The notes under the pieces: generated by a model | Told to the model about the DNA's origin: nothing | The model's input: only the letters and a program-made list of their open reading frames with translations | Database searches by the model: none | Made by a program: the position numbers and the translations under genes | Part shown: piece by piece, positions 57,062 through 64,000 of the stretch | How the letters are laid out: every line of letters begins with the position of its first letter | Numbering within the stretch: position 1 is the stretch's first letter | From: Candidatus Eiseniibacteriota bacterium | GTDB taxonomy: Bacteria; Eisenbacteria; RBG-16-71-46 | Reading direction: 5' to 3' | DNA: 64,000 bases | NCBI GenBank assembly: GCA_041483195.1 | Contig: JBGPFC010000015.1 | Coordinates: 1-64,000 of the forward strand

Positions 57062-60049
57062 ATGAGCGTATTCGCCGAGCCGGACCGCCCGCCCGGCGCC
57101 GGCAGCCCGCTGCAGGCGTTCCAGAGCCTGATGCCGTACCGGGTGCAGGACATCCTGCTGGTCTCGAGCCTGTACGACTCGTTCACCCTGCAGGAGGACG
57201 GCCGCCTCAACGAGCTCATCCTCGGAGAGTTCCTCGAGCTGAGCCTCCATCACACGCCGGGGATCACCCACGTCGCGAGCGGGCAGGAGGCGCTCGCGCT
57301 CGCCACCCGCGAGCGCCGCTTCAACCTGATCCTCACCACCATCGAGCTCGGCGACATGGACGCGAGCCAGCTCGCGGCCGAGGTCAGGCGCCGCGGGCTC
57401 GACGCCCCGGTCATCGTGCTCGCGTACGACAACGTCGAGCGCAAGGAATTCGAGGCGCAGCGCGACACCTCGAACGTGGAGCGCATCTTCCTGTGGCAGG
57501 GCAACGCGCGCATCCTGGTCGCGATCGTGAAGTACCTCGAGGACAAGCGGAACGTCGCTCACGACACGGCGGCGGTGGGCGTGCCGGTGATCCTGCTGGT
57601 CGAGGACAACATCCGCTACTACTCGTCGTTCCTGCCCACCATCTACACCGAGCTGATCCGCCAGTCCGAGCGCCTGATCAGCGAGGGGGTGAACCTCTCG
57701 CACAAGCGGGTCCGCATGCGGGCGCGGCCCAAGATCCTGCTCGCCAGCACCTTCGAGGAGGCGTGGGAGTTGTTCACGCGCTACCGCCCGTACGTGCTCG
57801 GCATGATCTCCGACATCGAGTTCCCGCGGGGCGGCACCCTCACGCGCGGCGCGGGATTCGATCTCGCGCGCATGGCGCGCGCCGAGGTGCCCGATCTGCC
57901 GATCCTGCTCCAGTCGAGCCGCGTGGAGTTCGCGCCCGGCGCGCGTGAGGCGGGCGCCTCGTTCGTGCAGAAGTACTCGGCCACGCTGCTGGCCGACCTG
58001 CGGCGGTTCATGACCGAGCAGTTCGCGTTCGGCGACTTCGTGTTCCGCATGCCGGACGGGAGGGAGGTGGCGCGCGCGCGCGACCTGAAGAGCCTCGAGG
58101 ACCTGCTGAGCACCGTGCCGGCCGAGAGCATCGGCTACCACGGCGAGCGTAACCACTTCTCGAACTGGTTCACGGCGCGCACCGAGTTCGCGCTCGCGCG
58201 CAAGCTGCGCCCGCGCAAGGTCTCGGACTTCCCGACGCTCGAGCACCTGCGCCGCAACCTGATCGCTTCGATCGCCGAGTACCGGCGCGAGCAGAACGAA
58301 TCGCTGGTCGCCGACTTCCACCCCGACGGCTTCGACCCCGCTGGCGGATTCTTCGCGCGGATCGGAGGCGGCTCGCTCGGCGGAAAGGCCCGCGGGCTCG
58401 CGTTCGTGCGATACCTGCTCAACTACCACGACTTCGCCCGGCGCTTCGATGGCGTGCGCATCGGCGTGCCCCCCGCCGTGGTGCTGGCGACCGACGTGTT
58501 CGACCGGTTCCTGGCGGAGCACCGCCTGCTGGACTGGGCGCTGCGCAGCCGCGACGACGCCGAGATCCTCCGCCGTTTCACAGCGGCCGCGCTCCCACGC
58601 GACGTGATCGCCGATCTCGCGGCGTTCCTCGAAGCGGTGCGCTGGCCGCTGGCGGTGCGTTCGTCGAGCCTGCTCGAGGATTCGCAGTATCAGCCGTTCA
58701 CCGGCGTGTACGACACCTTCATGCTCCCCAACGACGAGGACGACACGCGCGTGCGGCTCGAGCGGCTGATGGAGGCGATCAAGCGCGTGTACGCATCGAC
58801 CTTCTCCCGGCGCGCGAAGGACTACCTGCAGGCGACGCCCTACCGGCTCGAGGAGGAGAAGATGGCCGTGATCCTCCAGCGAGTGGTGGGGCGCGCGCAC
58901 GGCAACCGCTACTACCCGGATTTCTCGGGGGTGGCGCGTTCCTCCAACTTCTACCCGGTGCCGCCTGTGCAGTCCGAAGACGGCGTGGCCGCCGTCGCGC
59001 TCGGGCTCGGGCGCACGGTGGTCGAGGGGGAGAGCTGCCTCGCGTTCTCGCCGCGCCACCCGCAGGCGATTCTTCAATTCTCGTCGGTGGACGACATCCT
59101 CACCAACTCGCAGCGCGCATTCTGGGCGCTCGAGCTGGATCACGGCGCGGCGCCCGATCCCGGCGCCGCCGCCATGCGCGAGACCCGCTTCGGCCTCGAG
59201 ACCGCTGAGGCGGACGGCACGCTGTCGGCGGTCGGCTCCACGTACTCGGCCGAGAACCACGCCATCTACGACGGCCTCGCGCGGTCCGGCGTGCGGCTGG
59301 TGTCGTTCGCGCCGGTGCTCAAGCACGGGGTGTTTCCGCTCGCGGAGCTGCTCGCGGAGCTGCTCGATGCCGGGCGGGGCGGCATGAACCGGCCGGCGGA
59401 GATCGAATTCGCGGTGCGCCTCGCGCGCGGGGGCGCGGAGAAGCACGAGTTCGGATTCCTCCAGCTGCGGCCGCTGGTGGTCGCGCGCGAGATGGAGGAC
59501 CTGAGCGTCGAGGAGATCGATCCCGGCCGGCTGATCTGCTCGAGCCCGCGGGTGCTGGGCCATGGGCGGCTCGACATGCTGCGCGACCTCGTGGTGGTGG
59601 ACGTTCACGCCTTCGACCGCGCTCTGAGCCGCTCGGTGGCGCAGGACATCGCGCGCTTCAACGAGGAGCTGGTCGCCGAGCGCCGCCCGTACCTGCTGAT
59701 CGGCGTCGGACGATGGGGCTCGACCGATCCCTGGCTCGGGATCCCGGTGACGTGGGACCAGATCGCGGGCGCGCGTGCGATCGTCGAGTCGGGCTTCCGC
59801 GATTTCCGCGTGACGCCATCGCAGGGCAGCCACTTCTTCCAGAACCTCACGTCGTTCCAGATCGGGTTCTTCACCGTGAACGCCGAGGCGGGCGAGGGTT
59901 TCGTCGATTGGGAGTGGATCGCGGCCCAGCCCGCCGCGGGCCAGACCGCGAGCGTCAGGCACCTGCGCTTCGATCGTCCGCTGGTGGTGAAGATGAACGG
60001 CAAGCGCAACACCGGCGTCATCTACAAGCCGGGGCTCGCGCCGGAGTGA
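57062..60049 (+). CDS. Receiver-like domains fused to a PEP/pyruvate-binding (PPDK_N ATP-grasp) domain
   Basis: ILLVSSLYD and ILLVEDN receiver-like segments; GSLGGKARGLAF, LAVRSSSLLEDS..FTGVY, EKMAVILQ, GLGRTVV, EIEFA, LQLRP; C-terminal GRWGS..WLGIPV and SQGSHFFQN. Confidence 0.88.
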   Translation: MSVFAEPDRPPGAGSPLQAFQSLMPYRVQDILLVSSLYDSFTLQEDGRLNELILGEFLELSLHHTPGITHVASGQEALALATRERRFNLILTTIELGDMDASQLAAEVRRRGLDAPVIVLAYDNVERKEFEAQRDTSNVERIFLWQGNARILVAIVKYLEDKRNVAHDTAAVGVPVILLVEDNIRYYSSFLPTIYTELIRQSERLISEGVNLSHKRVRMRARPKILLASTFEEAWELFTRYRPYVLGMISDIEFPRGGTLTRGAGFDLARMARAEVPDLPILLQSSRVEFAPGAREAGASFVQKYSATLLADLRRFMTEQFAFGDFVFRMPDGREVARARDLKSLEDLLSTVPAESIGYHGERNHFSNWFTARTEFALARKLRPRKVSDFPTLEHLRRNLIASIAEYRREQNESLVADFHPDGFDPAGGFFARIGGGSLGGKARGLAFVRYLLNYHDFARRFDGVRIGVPPAVVLATDVFDRFLAEHRLLDWALRSRDDAEILRRFTAAALPRDVIADLAAFLEAVRWPLAVRSSSLLEDSQYQPFTGVYDTFMLPNDEDDTRVRLERLMEAIKRVYASTFSRRAKDYLQATPYRLEEEKMAVILQRVVGRAHGNRYYPDFSGVARSSNFYPVPPVQSEDGVAAVALGLGRTVVEGESCLAFSPRHPQAILQFSSVDDILTNSQRAFWALELDHGAAPDPGAAAMRETRFGLETAEADGTLSAVGSTYSAENHAIYDGLARSGVRLVSFAPVLKHGVFPLAELLAELLDAGRGGMNRPAEIEFAVRLARGGAEKHEFGFLQLRPLVVAREMEDLSVEEIDPGRLICSSPRVLGHGRLDMLRDLVVVDVHAFDRALSRSVAQDIARFNEELVAERRPYLLIGVGRWGSTDPWLGIPVTWDQIAGARAIVESGFRDFRVTPSQGSHFFQNLTSFQIGFFTVNAEAGEGFVDWEWIAAQPAAGQTASVRHLRFDRPLVVKMNGKRNTGVIYKPGLAPE

Positions 60050-60128
60050 GGATTCCCAACGCGGACCGATCGCGCGCGGGCCGTGAACCACTTACGAATC
60101 GCCGGCCGGCGATTTCAAGGAGAGGACG

Positions 60129-60860
60129 CTGACCGCAGAGTTCTCCAACGTCTACGACGATCGGGCTCGGGCGAGGGCCTATGCCGAGCTCGAATTCCCC
60201 GGGACGTACTACCTGGCGTACCGGGATCTGCCCGCGATCATCGGCGAGCACGTGCGAGGCCGGGCGGCCCTCGACTTCGGGTGCGGGGCCGGCCGCTCGA
60301 CGCGGTTCCTGCGCGCGCTCGGCTTCGACCCCGTGGGCGTCGACATCTCCGAGCACATGCTCGAGCTGGCCCGCGAGCGCGACCCGGAAGGAGACTATCG
60401 TCTCGTGCCGGACGGCGACCTGGGCGGGGTCGCCGCGGACGCCTATGATCTCGTCCTGTCCGCGTTCACCTTCGACAATGTCCCCACGATGGGAAAGAAG
60501 ATCGCGCTGTTGAACTCCCTGAAGCGGGTGCTGAAGGGCGGAGGGTGCATCGTCAATCTCGTGTCGGCCCCCGAGATCTACCTCAACGAGTGGGCCTCGT
60601 TCTCGACGAAGGACTATCCTCAAAACCGGACCGCGCGCAGCGGGGATAAAGTCCTGATCGTCATGCTCGACGTCGCCGATCGGCGACCCGTCGAAGACAT
60701 CCTCTGCACGGACCACGACTATCAGGAAGCCTACGAGCGCGCGGGGCTGGTTCCGATCAGGACCTACCGGCCCCTGGCGAAGCTCGCCGAAGGACACTCG
60801 TGGGTGAGCGAGACCACGATCGCCCCCTGGGTGGTCTACGTGCTGGGGCGCGCGGAATAG
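60129..60860 (+). CDS. Class I SAM-dependent methyltransferase; probable CTG start
   Basis: FSNVYDD..RA.AYA.LEFPGTYYLAYRD N-terminus, ALDFGCGAGRS, GVDIS; AAGGAGAGG RBS. Confidence 0.85.
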   Translation: MTAEFSNVYDDRARARAYAELEFPGTYYLAYRDLPAIIGEHVRGRAALDFGCGAGRSTRFLRALGFDPVGVDISEHMLELARERDPEGDYRLVPDGDLGGVAADAYDLVLSAFTFDNVPTMGKKIALLNSLKRVLKGGGCIVNLVSAPEIYLNEWASFSTKDYPQNRTARSGDKVLIVMLDVADRRPVEDILCTDHDYQEAYERAGLVPIRTYRPLAKLAEGHSWVSETTIAPWVVYVLGRAE

Positions 60861-60907
60861 AGCGGGCACCACCTGGATCGCGGGCGGCCGCGGGCGAGGA
60901 GTCTTCG

Positions 60908-61432
60908 ATGACGATCTCGGTCTTTGTCGGCACCAGCCTCGACGGCTTCATCGCGCGACCGAACGGCGATTTCGACTTTCTCCCGGCGGGCGGCGGCGAG
61001 CCTCACGGCTACGACGAGTTCATCGCGAGCGTCGATGCGATCGTGATGGGTCGCAAGACCTACGAGACGGCTCTGACCTTCGGGGCCTGGCCGTACGGCG
61101 CGAAGCGCGTCGTGGTGCTGAGCCGCCGCCCGGTCGACCTGACCGCGGCCGCCTCGGGCGTCGTCGAACAGATGGCTGGGCCCCCGGCCGAGATCGTCGC
61201 GCGGCTCGCCGCGAGCGGCGCCCGCCACCTCTACGTCGACGGCGGGAACACGATTCAGGGGTTCCTGCGCGCGGGGCTCATCCAGCGTCTCATCATCACT
61301 CGCGTGCCGGTGCTCATCGGCGAGGGAATTCCGCTGTTCGGCGCCCTGGCGCGCGACGTGCGCCTCCGCCATGTGGCGACTCGGCACTATCCGAGCGGCC
61401 TGGTTCAGAGCGAGTACCGGATCGACGCCTGA
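60908..61432 (+). CDS. Dihydrofolate reductase / RibD C-terminal family protein
   Basis: TSLDGFIA, VMGRKTY, YVDGG, PVLIGEGIPLF. Confidence 0.92.
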   Translation: MTISVFVGTSLDGFIARPNGDFDFLPAGGGEPHGYDEFIASVDAIVMGRKTYETALTFGAWPYGAKRVVVLSRRPVDLTAAASGVVEQMAGPPAEIVARLAASGARHLYVDGGNTIQGFLRAGLIQRLIITRVPVLIGEGIPLFGALARDVRLRHVATRHYPSGLVQSEYRIDA

Positions 61433-61550
61433 CCTTCGCCCGGAAGCGTCGCGGAACATGATCGCGGCGGGCCGCGGAGCCGGAGCCCCGCGATGCCCGC
61501 CGCGCGCGACGCACCTCGACGCGGGCCGCTCCGCGGCCCGCGCCCGGGCG

Positions 61551-62684
61551 CTATTCGAGGACGTGGATGTTCTTCTTCGCGCAGATCTCCTTGAGCGGGT
61601 CCGGCCACATGGTGACGCTCACCTCGCCCAGGTGCGCCTTGCGCAGCAGGAGCATGGTGGTGCGTGACTGACCGATGCCGCCTCCGATCGACAGCGGAAT
61701 CTGATCGTTGAGGATGGCCTGGTGGTAGGGCAGCTTGAGGAAGTCGAGCTGGTTGCTGATCTGCAGCTGTTGCCTGAGCGTTTCTTTCGTGACGCGAATC
61801 CCCATCGACGTCAGCTCGTGACGCCGCCTGGTGATCGGGTTCCACACCAGGATGTCGCCGTTCAGGCCGTGCATGGGGCGGCCGTCTTCCGAAACGGTGG
61901 GCGTGACCCAATCGTCGTAGTCGGCGGCGCGCATCTCGTGCGGGTAGCCGTCCTTCAGCACCCAGCCGATGCCGATGATGAAGATCGCCGCGTGTTTCTC
62001 CGACAGCACCCGGGTCTCGCGCTGCTTGCGCGGCAGGTCGGGGTACATGTCGAGCAGGTCCTCGGCGTGGATGAAAGTGAGCTCGTCCGGGAGGTTCGGG
62101 ATCTTCGGGTCCTTGAGCCTGGGGAACTCCGCCTGGATGAACGTCTCGGCGCCCTTGATCACGCGCCAGATGCGGCGGACGGTGTCCCTGAGCGTGGCGA
62201 GCGTGCGCTCCTGCGCGGTGCAGACCTTCTCCCAATCCCACTGGTCCACGTAGGCGCTGTGGTCGTGGTCGAGGAAATAGTCCTTGCGCACGGCGCGCAT
62301 GTCGGTGCAGATGCCCTCGCCCACGTTGCAATTGAACTGGCGAAGGGCGAGCCGCTTCCACTTGGTGGCGGCCTGCACGACCTGGCCGTTCAGGCGCCTG
62401 TCGAGCCCGAGTCCGCATGGGAACTCGATCGGCGTGCGCGAACCGTCACGGTCGAGGTAGTCGTTGACGCCGCTCTCGCGAGTGACGATGAGCGGCACCT
62501 CCACCGGGAACAGCTTCAGCTCCCGGCATAGCCCGTCCATGATGAAGCGCTTGAGCGCGAACAGCGCGTGCTGCGTCTCCTTCGGATCCAGCAGCGTCTT
62601 GTAATCGCCCGGCAGGATGCGATCGACCTCCGGGTAGGTGCTGATTCCGGGACCCGCAAGATCGGCCTGTTTGGTCGTACCCAT
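61551..62684 (-). CDS. asnA: Aspartate--ammonia ligase
   Basis: SGVND.L, VVQAATKWKR, HSAYVDQWDWE, RAADYDDW, LNGDIL, ELTSMGIRV, SIGGGIGQSR; GGAGG RBS. Confidence 0.95.
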   Translation of the reverse strand: MGTTKQADLAGPGISTYPEVDRILPGDYKTLLDPKETQHALFALKRFIMDGLCRELKLFPVEVPLIVTRESGVNDYLDRDGSRTPIEFPCGLGLDRRLNGQVVQAATKWKRLALRQFNCNVGEGICTDMRAVRKDYFLDHDHSAYVDQWDWEKVCTAQERTLATLRDTVRRIWRVIKGAETFIQAEFPRLKDPKIPNLPDELTFIHAEDLLDMYPDLPRKQRETRVLSEKHAAIFIIGIGWVLKDGYPHEMRAADYDDWVTPTVSEDGRPMHGLNGDILVWNPITRRRHELTSMGIRVTKETLRQQLQISNQLDFLKLPYHQAILNDQIPLSIGGGIGQSRTTMLLLRKAHLGEVSVTMWPDPLKEICAKKNIHVLE

Positions 62685-62768
62685 GGGAACCTCCGTTCGG
62701 AGACCGGCCGCCGGGCGCCATCTGCGCGTCCTGCGCGGCGCCATCGGCGCCGGACCCGTCAACCGCCA

Positions 62769-62784
62769 CGCATCAGCCGTGCCC
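62769..62784 (-). promoter_or_regulatory. Sigma54-like promoter of asnA
   Basis: Minus strand GGGCACG-GCTG-ATGCG, ~85 nt upstream of the ATG. Confidence 0.5.
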
Positions 62785-63060
62785 GCGGTCCCTTCGCACC
62801 CATCCGACCACTCGATCGATACCTGTCCATGCGCCGCAAGGGTTAGCGCGAACGGATCGGCGCGCGCTTCGCCGGGAGCGCGCGCCGCGCATGCCAACTT
62901 GGCCGGGTGTCCTGCCAGCGTGGGGCCGGCGGAAGGTGGAAGGATCCGGAAACCGGCACGGACGGTGTCGTGGTAGAGTCGCGCGCGCCGCATCGCGAAC
63001 GGCTGGACGCGTCACCGTGAAGAGCTCCGGGGATGCGCGGCAACCATGGAGGCGCAGGCG

Positions 63061-63201
63061 ATGATACTGACGATGCAGACCACGCTGGGCAGAGTCTTCA
63101 CCGTGTACGCCATCTTCTGGGTGGTCGCGCTGATCGTGCTGTTCTTCGCGATCGGGGCGCTCACCCGGCGCGGGGAACGCGGGTCCGGCGGATCCCACTG
63201 A
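63061..63201 (+). CDS. Small (46 aa) single-TM membrane protein
   Basis: GGAGG at 63048-63052; MILTMQTTLGRVFTVYAIFWVVALIVLFFAIGALTRRGERGSGGSH; GC-rich third codon positions. Confidence 0.7.
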   Translation: MILTMQTTLGRVFTVYAIFWVVALIVLFFAIGALTRRGERGSGGSH

Positions 63202-63369
63202 TACCCTGCCGGCCCGCGCGCGCGGGCTGCGCTCCGTGCGGTCCCGGCTGCGCCGGGCGGTGCCGTTCCCGGGCGAGATAAACCCACATCAAGCGGCCGG
63301 CTCCGGTGGACGATAACGGGACGAGCGCGTGTCAGAGCGGCCCGCGTCATTCCATCGGGAACGTCCGGC

Positions 63370-64000
63370 ATGTCCTCTCACTTCCAGACCCTCGATCGCC
63401 AGCGCAGCCGCCTGCTGTGGCTGGGCGGCATCCTGCTGACCGCCATGTGCGCTGCCCTCGTGCTCGTGACCTGGAGCGGGGACGCGGCTTCGCTCGAGTT
63501 CGATCTCGGACACCGCTGGCCAACGCTGGTCGGCCTCGCCGGGATGGTGTTGCTGTTCGTGTTCTACGCGCAGCACAAGCATCGCCAGCTGGCGGCGACC
63601 GAAGCCCGGATGCGCGATCTCGCCGTGCGCGAGGCGAGCATGGAGGCGCGTTTCTCCGAGATGTCCTTCCTGTTCGACCTCAGTACCCAGCTCCAACTGC
63701 GCCTCGACCTGCAGGAGATGCTCGACCTCGCCGTTCAGCGACTGATTCCGTGCCTCGATGCGCACCAGTCGTCCATCATGTTGTTCAACGAGGCGGAAGG
63801 CATCCTCGAGGTGAAGGCGGCCGCCGGCGCGGACCTCGACCGCGTGCAGGGCGCCAGGTGTGCGCCTACCGCCGGCATCGCCGGACACGCGTTCACCAGC
63901 GGCGAGTCGCTCATTCTCACGCCCGAAGTGATGCGCGGCCGCTTCCCGCAGGAGACCAAGCAGGGTCGCGTCATCTCGAGCGCGCTGTGCGTCCCGCTGC
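63370..64000 (+). CDS. Membrane-anchored GAF-domain signalling protein (runs off the window)
   Basis: Two TM helices, coiled coil, then GAF features (LDLQEML..SSIMLF..GIAGHAF.SGE..SALCVPL); no stop before the window end. Confidence 0.85.
   Translation, partial: MSSHFQTLDRQRSRLLWLGGILLTAMCAALVLVTWSGDAASLEFDLGHRWPTLVGLAGMVLLFVFYAQHKHRQLAATEARMRDLAVREASMEARFSEMSFLFDLSTQLQLRLDLQEMLDLAVQRLIPCLDAHQSSIMLFNEAEGILEVKAAAGADLDRVQGARCAPTAGIAGHAFTSGESLILTPEVMRGRFPQETKQGRVISSALCVPL

Noticed and set aside
61465..61545. GC-rich inverted repeats between the convergent DHFR-like gene and asnA (similar at 31810-31880)
   Set aside because: Probably simple terminator-like hairpins; not repeated elsewhere as a REP family and expected at this GC content
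62881..62897. Second sigma54 promoter for asnA (TTGGCATGCGCGGCGC on minus strand)
   Set aside because: Poor -12 element; better explained as part of an upstream palindrome

Overview
Very GC-rich bacterial chromosomal window (~55 genes). The FlgD-Ig-tailed secreted peptidase, many GT-C membrane proteins and sigma54-type promoters suggest an FCB-related candidate lineage such as Eisenbacteria (inference only). The left edge (1-3000) is an IS scar zone: the 3' end of an IS1202/ISNCY-like element, two further orphan IS-like ends and two gene remnants. Next is a promoter, a ~255-nt structured leader and a terminator in front of a surface-glycan operon (priming sugar transferase, GT-C, AlgD-like dehydrogenase, GT4/GT2 enzymes), then manC, galT-glgA, more GT-C proteins and an orphan TRAP permease. 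A five-gene minus-strand cassette (two exosortase-type alpha/beta hydrolases, prolyl-PCP dehydrogenase-like enzyme, proline-type stand-alone adenylation domain, carrier protein) looks like a pyrrolyl-transfer system with no PKS/NRPS. The right half is mainly housekeeping: lysC, tRNA-Gly, folE, SPFH/NfeD, S8 peptidase, msrB, DUF2779, gltA, malic enzyme, LiaF/LytS/LytTR, lhgO, gdhA plus a receiver-PPDK fusion, and asnA. The best novelty candidates are the pyrrolyl cassette, the structured leader RNA and the gdhA-linked receiver/PEP-synthase-like protein. No CRISPR array or rRNA seen. All calls come from motif recognition by eye; no searches were run.
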